Source: an uncultured Bacteriovoracaceae bacterium (lineage in GTDB: Bacteria > Bdellovibrionota > Bacteriovoracia > Bacteriovoracales > Bacteriovoracaceae). From it: a stretch of 58,415 bases of DNA. Shown piece after piece: positions 9,452 through 18,549 of the stretch (position 1 is its first letter; the number at the start of each line of letters is the position of its first letter). Where the stretch lies: positions 110-58,524 of the forward strand of contig CAYGJN010000001.1 in the NCBI GenBank assembly GCA_964350135.1. The letters run 5' to 3'. The position numbers were made by a program, and so were the translations under genes. The notes under the pieces were generated by a model that made no database searches, was not told the DNA's origin, and saw only the letters and a list, made by a program, of their open reading frames with translations.

Positions 9452-10425
9452 AATGACTCCGAATTACTTATAAGTTTAAACACACGCTGAGAGCTCTGTT
9501 TAAAAGTTTCACGAAAATTGTTTTTATCGAACTTACTCCATTCTATCTTCTCAGCGTTAGAATTTCCAATAATTGGAATTAAATCTCGTTTTGAGAGAGG
9601 GTCATAATTTTTAGACCCATCAGGGAGTATGGTAGCTACTTTTTTCCCCATCAAATAAGCTTCCACTTGCAAAGAGGAGTACATTCCAGTCACCACCTCA
9701 ACTTTTTGAATAGCTTCTTGACCATTTTTAATGACTTCCATGTCTTCAATATCAGTATCTTGAATACTAGAGCCTGCTGGATGAGGAATATAGATCATTT
9801 TACTGACACCAAAATAATCCTTAGCTACCAAGTTTTTAAAGAGCTTTAAGCAATCTCTTTCATCAAAACCGAGGCTTTTCCCATAAAACTTTGCGACAGG
9901 CTGATCAATAAATGCAACACCAAAACCATCTTCAGACTTCATACTTAAGTACTGTTCAAAAGCTGGTTGCCCTACAATAAAAATCTCTTCATCTTTAAGG
10001 CCAAGGTCTAATGCCATTTCTTTTACTGTCTGATCAACAACTAGAAGTTTTGAAGGTCTAACAAAATTAAGTTTTAATCTTTCAGAAAGTTTATCCCACA
10101 CATCAAAGTACATAATGATTGGTAATCGATTATTTTTAGCATGCTCAATCACTTCATTTTCTTCATCTCTTCCTGTGCAAGATGAAATCAGTTGATCGAA
10201 AAGACCTTCTTTTATTTGTGTAAAGGCTTGCTCTTTATTCAACAGAAAAGAATGAACCTTGTTTTGTATGCCTCTTCTTTTTAAATAACTTAATGCTTCA
10301 TCACTACAATAAAGCGATACGCCTTGTGAAAACTTTTCAAAGACTGGAAGAAGATAAGCCAAAGATCCAGCCTCTCTGGCATAAAATAAAAAATTTTTAT
10401 TTCTTGAATTCATGCTTATTAGCAA
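9448..10425 (-). CDS. Hypothetical protein, possibly a two-Rossmann (GT-B / epimerase_2 / PseG-like) fold
   Basis: 325-aa ORF embedded in the operon. C-terminal SSLQVEAYLMGKKV resembles the conserved S-x-x-x-x-E-A-x-x-x-G-x-P-V element of GT-B enzymes and 2-epimerases. Weak. Confidence 0.3.
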   Translation of the reverse strand: MLISMNSRNKNFLFYAREAGSLAYLLPVFEKFSQGVSLYCSDEALSYLKRRGIQNKVHSFLLNKEQAFTQIKEGLFDQLISSCTGRDEENEVIEHAKNNRLPIIMYFDVWDKLSERLKLNFVRPSKLLVVDQTVKEMALDLGLKDEEIFIVGQPAFEQYLSMKSEDGFGVAFIDQPVAKFYGKSLGFDERDCLKLFKNLVAKDYFGVSKMIYIPHPAGSSIQDTDIEDMEVIKNGQEAIQKVEVVTGMYSSLQVEAYLMGKKVATILPDGSKNYDPLSKRDLIPIIGNSNAEKIEWSKFDKNNFRETFKQSSQRVFKLISNSESL

Positions 10426-11680
10426 TCACCTTTTTAGCAGCTTTAATAAATAAATCCATATCCTCAAGGGTATATGGTTCATTAATCATACCTGTCACCA
10501 TCATCTCATTATTTTGAATTCTCTCCACAATTGGGCAGCTGCCTTTAGCATAACTGATTTCACTATTTCGATTATTGGCGGTGAAAGGAAAACCATTTTT
10601 TCCAAAACAAATTTTCTTTTGAAAAAGTGGTTCCCAATAAACTGGTTTCAAATAACCAGAACGTAGCTGTAGTCCTTCTGCATTCATAGCACTAACAAAA
10701 TCTTCTCTTGAAATTCCAGTTATTTTTTCATCATATCTAATTCCATAAAAATAATACACATGACGACAATTATCTTGAACATAAGGAGGTGTAATACCAT
10801 CAATTTCACGAAGACCAGCTGTAAGTCTATTTGCCCTTTCAATTCTGCGTTCATTAATTTCAGGAAGTTTTTTAAACTGCTCAATAGCAACAGCTGCTTC
10901 CATTTCAGTCATTCTATAATTAACACCGATGGTATTAACAATATCTTGAGTTTCAAAACCCTCTACTGCATACTCGCCATGGTTACGCATGCAACATGCT
11001 TTAAAGAAAATATCTTTATCATTTGTTAGCATTACACCACCCTCACCACTTTGAATGGCCTTGTGACGATTAAAACTAAAAACTCCTGCATCTCCAATTG
11101 TTGCAGTTTTCTCACCTTTATAGTGAGCATCTGGCCCTTGAGCATTATCTTCTACAATAAAAAGATTATGCTTTTCTGCTAATCTTTTTAACTCGTCAAA
11201 ATCACAGGGGTGGCCAAGAATATTAACGGCTACAATACCCTTTGTATTTGGTGTGATCTTTTTTTCAACTTCTTTTGGATCTAGACAAAATGTATCTTCA
11301 TTAATATCTGCAAAAATAGGAACAGCACCACACATTAGGATACATGTTGCAGAAGCTGTCATTGTATAAGGGGATGTTATAACTTCATCACCTGGACCTA
11401 CGCCCATAGCGGAAACCGCACAATGTAGGGCCGAAGTTGCAGAGTTAACGGCTACTGCATATTTAACTCCAAAGTATTTGCAGAAATCTTCTTCTAATTT
11501 TCTGACTTTTTCACCACCATAAAAGCGGTCTGTGTTTCCAGCTGTAAAGCCTGACAGTTCTCCACTATCTAGAACCTCCATAACTGCTTTCTTCTCAGCC
11601 TCACCAATTGTATTATAGGAATAAAAAGGCTTTGGCCTTAAAGCCTTGCCACCAAATAAAGCTAAACTGTTTCCACTCAT
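10397..11680 (-). CDS. DegT/DnrJ/EryC1/StrS family PLP-dependent sugar aminotransferase (long, 427 aa)
   Basis: FSFNRHKAIQSGEGGVM (PLP lysine context) and an N-terminal SATSALHCAV-type motif. Confidence 0.85.
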   Translation of the reverse strand: MSGNSLALFGGKALRPKPFYSYNTIGEAEKKAVMEVLDSGELSGFTAGNTDRFYGGEKVRKLEEDFCKYFGVKYAVAVNSATSALHCAVSAMGVGPGDEVITSPYTMTASATCILMCGAVPIFADINEDTFCLDPKEVEKKITPNTKGIVAVNILGHPCDFDELKRLAEKHNLFIVEDNAQGPDAHYKGEKTATIGDAGVFSFNRHKAIQSGEGGVMLTNDKDIFFKACCMRNHGEYAVEGFETQDIVNTIGVNYRMTEMEAAVAIEQFKKLPEINERRIERANRLTAGLREIDGITPPYVQDNCRHVYYFYGIRYDEKITGISREDFVSAMNAEGLQLRSGYLKPVYWEPLFQKKICFGKNGFPFTANNRNSEISYAKGSCPIVERIQNNEMMVTGMINEPYTLEDMDLFIKAAKKVIANKHEFKK

Positions 11681-12657
11681 AACAATCCTTTTTCAAAATT
11701 AACAATATCTACGGCCTCTATTTTTTCTTGTATCTCAACTATATGAACAGCCTCTTTAGGGGTGCAGCCTAATAGCTCGCAACCTTCTTTAAGGTGAGCA
11801 ACAATTGCTTCATAAAGTTCATCCATTCCACCCAAGGGAGATTTATCTTCGCTTTCAATAGCAAGTGACTCATAGCCATCATAGAGAGCATTCTTTTTTG
11901 AACTCTCTACTTGAATAACAGCACCTCCTGACTTGAAATGAAAACATTTTTTATCTGTATAAACATCAATATCTAATAGATCATAAGAAGCTTCAGGAAA
12001 AGCGTTGAAGACTCCCTGTATATTATCCTTAAAATTAAGAACAAAACTATAATGATCTTTTTCACTATGAGTCTTGGCCATACTTATGGCAGGGCCTAAA
12101 AGATTAACAGCAAAATCAAGAGCATGAGAACAATAGTTTTTAAAACCATTATTGTATTGAACCGTTATTTTTTTTATCTTTGAAATATTCTTCAAACTAT
12201 TATTTATTTTTGTTGAAAACCTTCTATGAAAATTCACTCTCAACTGCGTCTTACTACCATCAAAAAGATTAGTGATGGTTTGTGCTTGAGAAATAGTTGC
12301 CGCAAATGGTTTTTCTATAATAAGAACCTTAGGGTTGAGCTTTGATAGAGTTTTAAGAGTCTCATCTCGTTTATCCAAATGTGTTGCTAAAATAAAAACA
12401 TCAACATCTTCAATATTATTAATTTCATCTAGACTAGAAAAAAAGAGGTAATCATTTAAGCTGCTCCATTTTTTTTGTAATGAAGCCTTATCTGGATTAG
12501 GGTCTACAATACTATGCAGCTCCAAAAAAGAGTTTTCAATAATAGCTCCCAAGTGGGAACGTCTGCTTGTTTCATAACTATCGTTAGTTAAGTCATAAAG
12601 AGCACCGATGCGGCCAGCACCTATAAGAGATACTTTTATTAGTGTTTTAATCTTCAT
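11677..12657 (-). CDS. Gfo/Idh/MocA family NAD(P)-dependent oxidoreductase
   Basis: Rossmann motif VSLIGAGRIG and an EKP motif (IIEKPFAAT). I place the start at the internal ATG (MKIKTLIK, 12657) because it has an upstream aagga and avoids a 116-nt overlap. The ORF-track start is 12762. Confidence 0.75.
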   Translation of the reverse strand: MKIKTLIKVSLIGAGRIGALYDLTNDSYETSRRSHLGAIIENSFLELHSIVDPNPDKASLQKKWSSLNDYLFFSSLDEINNIEDVDVFILATHLDKRDETLKTLSKLNPKVLIIEKPFAATISQAQTITNLFDGSKTQLRVNFHRRFSTKINNSLKNISKIKKITVQYNNGFKNYCSHALDFAVNLLGPAISMAKTHSEKDHYSFVLNFKDNIQGVFNAFPEASYDLLDIDVYTDKKCFHFKSGGAVIQVESSKKNALYDGYESLAIESEDKSPLGGMDELYEAIVAHLKEGCELLGCTPKEAVHIVEIQEKIEAVDIVNFEKGLL

Positions 12658-13687
12658 AATCCTTAAAGCACTTATAGTAATCGTCAGGTCTTCCAATATC
12701 GACCCATTCCTCATGAATTGGAAATGCACTAACTTTTTGTGATTTCTTAATACATTGATCAATTAATTCAGGCATATCATAAGATGTCTTGCTTGGTATT
12801 AGATCTAAGCATTTTGGATCTAATACATAAATGCCTGCATTTGTATGTCTGTAAAGAGTTGGTTTTTCCACAATCTTTTTAATCTCACCTGTCAGCTCAT
12901 CACTTTCAACAACTCCAAAAGGAATCTGGACTTCGTAATGTCTCGTTCCAACAGTAAAAAAAGATTCAGAGTCTTTATGAAATTCAAGCATATGAGCAAA
13001 ATTTATATTGGTTAGAAGATCTCCATTCATAACAATAAAAGGAGACTTAATTTTATCAATCAGAGCTAGTGGTCCTGCAGTTCCAAGAGGCTCAGGCTCT
13101 TCAGTGTAAGTGATATTAATTCCCCATTTTGATCCGTCACCAAAATGCTTACGTATTTGATCGCCATAATGATTAATACAAAAGATAAAATTCTCAAAGC
13201 TTTGATTGACAAAATTTTCAACTATTCTCTCAAGAATAGGTTTGCCCCCCACAGGAAGCATTGGCTTTGGCGTTGACTCTGTTAAAGAACCAAGCCTAGT
13301 ACCTTTTCCACCAACAATTAACACGACATATGTATCTCTTGTAGTTTCAGAAATACTTTCCAGTAATACTATATCAACCAGTTCCTTTTTATTATTAATG
13401 ACAGGTAGATGTCGTCTATTTTTTTTTCTAAGTAAACCAATATGAGCATCTCTTGTCTGCTCAGTTGTGCCAAAAAAGAAATCACGATTAATATGTTCAT
13501 TAACCTTGCTTTCAAAATTACCTGTTTTTAGAAGAGCTCTTCTTAAATCACCATCAGTAAGTATTCCAAATAGTTTATTTGAGTCATCTATGAAGAAAAG
13601 AATTCCTTTTCCTCCAATATCTAGACGCTCAATAGCTTCTTTTAAATTTAAATCTTCTCTAACAATTAACTTGTTTTTTATATCCAT
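12647..13687 (-). CDS. CBS-pair + sugar-phosphate nucleotidyltransferase (PtmE-like)
   Basis: N-terminal CBS-like region (LFGILTDGDLRRALL) followed by GGKGTRLGSLTESTPKPMLPVGGKPILE. Confidence 0.85.
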   Translation of the reverse strand: MDIKNKLIVREDLNLKEAIERLDIGGKGILFFIDDSNKLFGILTDGDLRRALLKTGNFESKVNEHINRDFFFGTTEQTRDAHIGLLRKKNRRHLPVINNKKELVDIVLLESISETTRDTYVVLIVGGKGTRLGSLTESTPKPMLPVGGKPILERIVENFVNQSFENFIFCINHYGDQIRKHFGDGSKWGINITYTEEPEPLGTAGPLALIDKIKSPFIVMNGDLLTNINFAHMLEFHKDSESFFTVGTRHYEVQIPFGVVESDELTGEIKKIVEKPTLYRHTNAGIYVLDPKCLDLIPSKTSYDMPELIDQCIKKSQKVSAFPIHEEWVDIGRPDDYYKCFKDYED

Positions 13688-14352
13688 TATATAATCTCTT
13701 TGATTGTCATAAATGCTTCAGCATACTCAACTCCAGCAAAGCTACCTCGAAGAATGGCCTGTGACTCCACTGCCTTCAAGCTACGAGGAAAAGGATGCTC
13801 TGAGAACTCTGCCTTATAATGACTTAACAACTCTAACTTTCTTTTAAACTGTTTCGAAATATCTACAAATGTGTTTGGTCTAAAAACGGCACTTAAAGGA
13901 GAAGAAAAATCAGTTTCAGATAAAGTTTCATAAACCCTAACAGTTTTAACATAAGGGTTTCTAAAACTCTTAAGACCGCTTTGACAGATATCAAAAACAA
14001 TCTTGTGGTCAGAGTGAGCATCTTCTCTAAAAGGAAGATAAACAATTTCAGGCCTTAATTCATTAAACACCTCTGAAACTTTTTTAATCATGTCTTGATG
14101 AGCTAATGTTTCAAGAGCAGCCGCGGGAAAATCACCTCGATAAAGCTTGTGAAAACCAATATCTTTATTAACAGCTGTAAGCTGCTCTTCTTTTTGAGTA
14201 ATTTGCTCATCTGATAGGCCAAGACCTTTATGGGCCTTTGTGAATAAAAACCATGAAACTTGATCGCCTGACTCAATATGCTTTAATATTGTTCCTGCAC
14301 ATCCTATACATTCATCATCAGCATGAGGGGCAACTACTAGTACTTTTTTCAT
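13687..14352 (-). CDS. PIG-L/LmbE family de-N-acetylase
   Basis: VVAPHADDECIGCAGT and the downstream AHSDH metal-binding motifs. Confidence 0.8.
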   Translation of the reverse strand: MKKVLVVAPHADDECIGCAGTILKHIESGDQVSWFLFTKAHKGLGLSDEQITQKEEQLTAVNKDIGFHKLYRGDFPAAALETLAHQDMIKKVSEVFNELRPEIVYLPFREDAHSDHKIVFDICQSGLKSFRNPYVKTVRVYETLSETDFSSPLSAVFRPNTFVDISKQFKRKLELLSHYKAEFSEHPFPRSLKAVESQAILRGSFAGVEYAEAFMTIKEII

Positions 14353-15222
14353 TTAATTTCTCCACTCAACTGGGTAATCCCACCAGCCGTTAAATGATTT
14401 TGGTCTCTTACTAAGAAATAAAAGGTAATCATTCATAAGTTCCATATCATTTCTAAGTTCTTCAAATAACTTTTTAGTTTTAACAAAAACTTCATTATAG
14501 GAAGAACTAATATTTTTCATCAATTCATAATGTGAAAGCTTAATACTTAAAGCCTTCAAAATAGATTCAGATGTTTCTTTCTTTTTTAAAGCAATATTAC
14601 TTTCGTGGGAGCGATAAAATGTCCATGTCTGATTATTAAAAATAGCTTTTACAGGTTTTTTTAATAAAAGCTTAGAAAACAGGGCCCAGTCATAAGCAAT
14701 GATATTAGAAGGTATATCCCGATGTTCTCTACCCAATATAGATAATTTAAAGGCAGTATTTGTGAGTCCAAAATAATTTTTAGATATTATGTCCTCAAAA
14801 GCTATTTCTTTATTAAGATTTAATCCCTTAGAGAATTCACTAGTATTAAGGTTTATTTCTGATAAAGAGTTAAAAATCCAAAGATCACTAAGTACGATAT
14901 CATAATTCTCAAGACTGTTCGCAACTACCTCTATACGATTGGCCGCCAATATATCATCTGCATCCACAAGTATAATATTTTCAAACCCAAGTTCTTGAGA
15001 CTTTGTAAGTAAAAACTCTCTCGTTTGTGTAATTGTGCCTGAAGTTTGGATAACTTGAAAATCAACCGAGGTATTTTTTAATAGATCAGGTTTTTCTATA
15101 GAATCTAGAACATATAAAACTTCAAAATTCTTGGAACTCTGTTTGTTGATAGAGTTTATAAGATCATCTAAAAAAGGTAATGCCTTTTCATAAAGTACTG
15201 TAGCAAGAAGATTTTTCTTCAT
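14353..15222 (-). CDS. Glycosyltransferase family 2-like (GT-A fold) protein
   Basis: N-terminal pattern LINSINKQSSKNFEVLYVLD and a DxD-like IILVDADDIL. No TM segments. Confidence 0.5.
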   Translation of the reverse strand: MKKNLLATVLYEKALPFLDDLINSINKQSSKNFEVLYVLDSIEKPDLLKNTSVDFQVIQTSGTITQTREFLLTKSQELGFENIILVDADDILAANRIEVVANSLENYDIVLSDLWIFNSLSEINLNTSEFSKGLNLNKEIAFEDIISKNYFGLTNTAFKLSILGREHRDIPSNIIAYDWALFSKLLLKKPVKAIFNNQTWTFYRSHESNIALKKKETSESILKALSIKLSHYELMKNISSSYNEVFVKTKKLFEELRNDMELMNDYLLFLSKRPKSFNGWWDYPVEWRN

Positions 15223-16100
15223 AAGATATAATCTCCCACTTTTGGCAATTCTTTAAGCTCATGTTCTAAAAGCCAAATTCCTTTATCCATGCACTTTATA
15301 AGAATTTCATTACTATTAACTTGTAGAACCTTTCCTTGCTCAAGATTAGAGGGTGTATTGTCTTCAATACGCACTTTCCAAACTTTAACCTCGTTGTCTT
15401 TATAGAGAAAGCTTGCACCAATATATGGATGTGTTAAGGCCCTTACTAAATTATAAATTCCAAGAGCGCTCATTTTCCAATCGATCAGACCATCTTCTTT
15501 TGTGCGCTTTCTCCAATAATTTGAATTCTCATTTCTTTGAGAGACTCTTTGGATTTTGTCCTCTGCGAATTCACGAGAAAAGCGGAGTACCTGTTCTTGT
15601 GCCTTGGCAATAATTTTTTTATACAATGATGTTGCATCATCTTTAAGACTTATAGAGATATTTTCCTGAGATATAATATCTCCTGTATCAGCTTCCTTTT
15701 CTATAAAGAAAAAACTTGTCGCCGTTTCTTCTAAACCTAAAACTAATGCCCATATCAAAGGATGTCTTCCTCTATTCATTGGAAGCTTTGCCGGATGAAA
15801 ACCAATGGCACCATGTTTAGTTATAGAAAACACTGATTCAGGCAATAAATGGGACCAGCCAAAACAATAGATGATATCTGCATTTGTTTTTTCTATAAAT
15901 AGAGTAAGATCATCGTCGTTTTTATCATAATAAAAAATTGGGCATCCTACTTTTTCAGCAAGAGGTGTTAAGTCTTTGAAGTCCGAATTAAAACTTGATT
16001 TTTTTTTAGTTACAACACCTACAATCTCGAACTTGTGATCGACAAGAGTTTCAAGAGTTGCGTAGCTAAGTTGGACACAGCCAATAAAGACGATTTTCAA
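15219..16100 (-). CDS. Formyltransferase (Fmt/ArnA-N-like sugar N-formyltransferase)
   Basis: MKIVFIGC N-terminus and catalytic-region motif FHPAKLPMNRGRHPLIWAL. Confidence 0.8.
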   Translation of the reverse strand: MKIVFIGCVQLSYATLETLVDHKFEIVGVVTKKKSSFNSDFKDLTPLAEKVGCPIFYYDKNDDDLTLFIEKTNADIIYCFGWSHLLPESVFSITKHGAIGFHPAKLPMNRGRHPLIWALVLGLEETATSFFFIEKEADTGDIISQENISISLKDDATSLYKKIIAKAQEQVLRFSREFAEDKIQRVSQRNENSNYWRKRTKEDGLIDWKMSALGIYNLVRALTHPYIGASFLYKDNEVKVWKVRIEDNTPSNLEQGKVLQVNSNEILIKCMDKGIWLLEHELKELPKVGDYIL

Positions 16101-16780
16101 AACTGCCCCTTTTCTTTTATGAGGAGCTCGGCAATTTTGAAATCAAGAGCTGTATCAATATCAATGGATCTCTCTTTAGGCATAATATGGCCAAAAGTTT
16201 TTGGTCCATAATAATTTTTGTTTTTTTTCAAGTATTCTGATTTAAAAATATAAACGGCACCATTGGGGATATATTGTCGTTCTAGATCTTGCCTATTGGC
16301 CACAAAGTCTCTTTTATCCTGCACAATATTTTCAAGTACTCCCTGATCATTTAATTTTTTATACCACTCAATAGGAGTCTCAGCTTCAAATACAGTTAAA
16401 ACAACATCTGCATCTTTTTCTTTAAAAAGCTTAATTGCATTATCAATATCAAAGGCTTCTTTAAGTGGAGAGGTTGGATTTAAGGCAACAAAGCTTGAAT
16501 ACTCTTTGTCTAAACTAGCTAGTACATGCATATAAGTATCTGCAACAATAGCAGTATCACTTGCAAGCTCTGCTGGTCTTAAAAAAGGTACTTGTACGCC
16601 ATGAGCTTTAGCAATATCAGCAATATTTTGATCATCCGTACTTACAATAATTTCAGTTATAAACTCTGATTTCTGTGCAGCCTTAATAGTATAAGCAATC
16701 AGCTCAAGACCATTAAGTTTTTTAATATTTTTTCCTGGTAACCCTTTAGAGCCGCCGCGAGCTGGAATAATTGCAAGCAT
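16097..16780 (-). CDS. neuA: CMP-nonulosonate synthetase (NeuA/LegF family acylneuraminate cytidylyltransferase)
   Basis: LAIIPARGGSKGLPGKNIKKL N-terminal motif. Confidence 0.9.
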   Translation of the reverse strand: MLAIIPARGGSKGLPGKNIKKLNGLELIAYTIKAAQKSEFITEIIVSTDDQNIADIAKAHGVQVPFLRPAELASDTAIVADTYMHVLASLDKEYSSFVALNPTSPLKEAFDIDNAIKLFKEKDADVVLTVFEAETPIEWYKKLNDQGVLENIVQDKRDFVANRQDLERQYIPNGAVYIFKSEYLKKNKNYYGPKTFGHIMPKERSIDIDTALDFKIAELLIKEKGQF

Positions 16781-16785
16781 ATTAT

Positions 16786-17850
16786 TTAAACATCATCCCA
16801 TGAGATTAATTGATCAAAACTAATATCTTTTTTTGCTGTTCTACCTATAAGTAGCTCATAACTTCCTGGGGCAATTCCAGTACCTGGTCTTTTATATTCA
16901 AGGTCAGACTCTTCTATAACTTTCCCTACAGGTATTTCCTTAGCTGCTACTATACTTCTTCTAAAGGAAGGCATTCGCTCTTGATCATCATCAGTTACAA
17001 TACGACTAAAACTTCCCAAGGCCACTTGAATTCTTGCTCCTTGTTCACAAATTTCTTTCATTTCTTCAGGATTCGCTGAAACTTTATGATCCCAACCAAA
17101 CATCTCTTTATCCAAAGTGAAATGTTTTTCAAGAATACATGCTCCTTTAGCAATTGAAGCTAGGGGTATTGAAGTCCCAATAGAGTGATCAGAGAAACCT
17201 ATTGGGTATTTTGGAAATACATTTCTAAAATAGTCTATATTATTAAGGTTTACGTTCTCATCTTTAGGTGGATAGTTTGCAACACAATGAAGAATAGCAA
17301 TATCTGTATTACCTGCTTCTTCAATGGTTCTAACAGCTCTATCAATTTCAGCAAGTGTAGAAAAACCAGTCGAGATAATAATAGGTTTTCCTTTTCGAGC
17401 TAGATAATCAAGAAAGGGATAATTATTACAATCCATTGAAGCAACTTTAATAAACTCTGCCCCAAGTTCATTAACTAAAAAATCTGCTTCCTTTCTAGAA
17501 AATGGAGTTGAAGAGAATCCAATTCCGATTTTATTACAATAGTCTTTCATATCGATTAATTCATTTTCAGAAATACTAAACTCATCAACAATTTGCTCGA
17601 GTGTATAATCAGAGCGATCTCGATAATCATCTTTAAGAAAAAAGTTTTGATCATAAACCGAACGAGAAAAAATACTATCCTTTGACCAAGACTGAAACTT
17701 CACGCAATGTGCACCTGCCTCTTTAGAAGCATCAATAAGCTTCTTGGCCATATTCATATCCCCATTATGATTTGAACCAAGCTCAGAAATCACATAAGGG
17801 CTGCCAAAATTTTCAATCTTATGATTGTGAAATTTCATAGTATTCTCCAT
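16786..17850 (-). CDS. neuB: Nonulosonic acid synthase (NeuB/LegI/PseI family) with C-terminal SAF domain
   Basis: ISELGSNHNGDMNMAKKLIDASKEAGAHCVKFQ and C-terminal RSIVAAKEIPVGKVI...YKRPGTG. Confidence 0.9.
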   Translation of the reverse strand: MENTMKFHNHKIENFGSPYVISELGSNHNGDMNMAKKLIDASKEAGAHCVKFQSWSKDSIFSRSVYDQNFFLKDDYRDRSDYTLEQIVDEFSISENELIDMKDYCNKIGIGFSSTPFSRKEADFLVNELGAEFIKVASMDCNNYPFLDYLARKGKPIIISTGFSTLAEIDRAVRTIEEAGNTDIAILHCVANYPPKDENVNLNNIDYFRNVFPKYPIGFSDHSIGTSIPLASIAKGACILEKHFTLDKEMFGWDHKVSANPEEMKEICEQGARIQVALGSFSRIVTDDDQERMPSFRRSIVAAKEIPVGKVIEESDLEYKRPGTGIAPGSYELLIGRTAKKDISFDQLISWDDV

Positions 17851-17898
17851 AGTTTAAGACGGAGAAATATTAACATTTGCTGCTCAGCTTTGAAATGC

Positions 17899-18549
17899 TT
17901 AAAGGCTAGAATCGCCTATTTGACGGTCTTTGAGGACTTTCCCGGGAACACCAACAACAAGCTTATTAGATGAAACACTCTTAATAATGGCCGCACCAGC
18001 TCCAACCACTGTATTACTGCCAATGGTCATGCCCTGAATTACACTTGCTCCAAGCCCGATAAGACTTAGCTCTCCTATATGACACGTACCACCAAGGCAT
18101 GCACCAGGGCCGATACTGGCAAAGTTTTCAATTTTGCAGTCATGATCAATACTGGCCTTGGTATTTATAATACAATGCTTAGCAATAATAGTGTCTATAT
18201 TAATGACTGCTCCGGCCATAATAACTGTACCTTCGCCAATTTTAACCGCTGGCGAAACAACAGCACTCGGATGGATAACAGAAACAAAATGAACTCCTGA
18301 AAAACGAGACTTCAAACTATCAGCAATTTTTTTTCTTTTATTATTTTCACCAATACCAATAACAATATAAGCTTGCTTTAAAGTTCCTAAATAATCTTCA
18401 GCCAACACCGGAACACCCATCAGTTTTTGATCAGACTCTTTTTGCTCAATAAACCCACAGAGTTTGTATTCTTTGCCTGCAAGTATAGAGTCGGCAATCA
18501 CTTTTGCATGTCCACCACTACCAATTACAAAAACATCTTTTAAGCTCAT
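17899..18549 (-). CDS. NeuD/PglD/LegH-type hexapeptide-repeat sugar N-acetyltransferase
   Basis: VFVIGSGGHAKVIADSI N-terminal Rossmann-like part and a left-handed beta-helix repeat region (IGEGTVIMAGAVIN...). Confidence 0.85.
   Translation of the reverse strand: MSLKDVFVIGSGGHAKVIADSILAGKEYKLCGFIEQKESDQKLMGVPVLAEDYLGTLKQAYIVIGIGENNKRKKIADSLKSRFSGVHFVSVIHPSAVVSPAVKIGEGTVIMAGAVINIDTIIAKHCIINTKASIDHDCKIENFASIGPGACLGGTCHIGELSLIGLGASVIQGMTIGSNTVVGAGAAIIKSVSSNKLVVGVPGKVLKDRQIGDSSL

Noticed and set aside
13419-13427. T9 homopolymer tracts inside coding regions (13419-13427 in the CBS-nucleotidyltransferase gene, 15999-16007 in the formyltransferase gene; several T8 runs elsewhere) as possible phase-variation switches
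   Set aside because: They encode Lys-Lys-Lys runs (AAA codons), and runs of 8-9 A/T are frequent throughout this AT-rich window. They are not enriched in the glycan locus by eye. This would need population sequencing to revisit.
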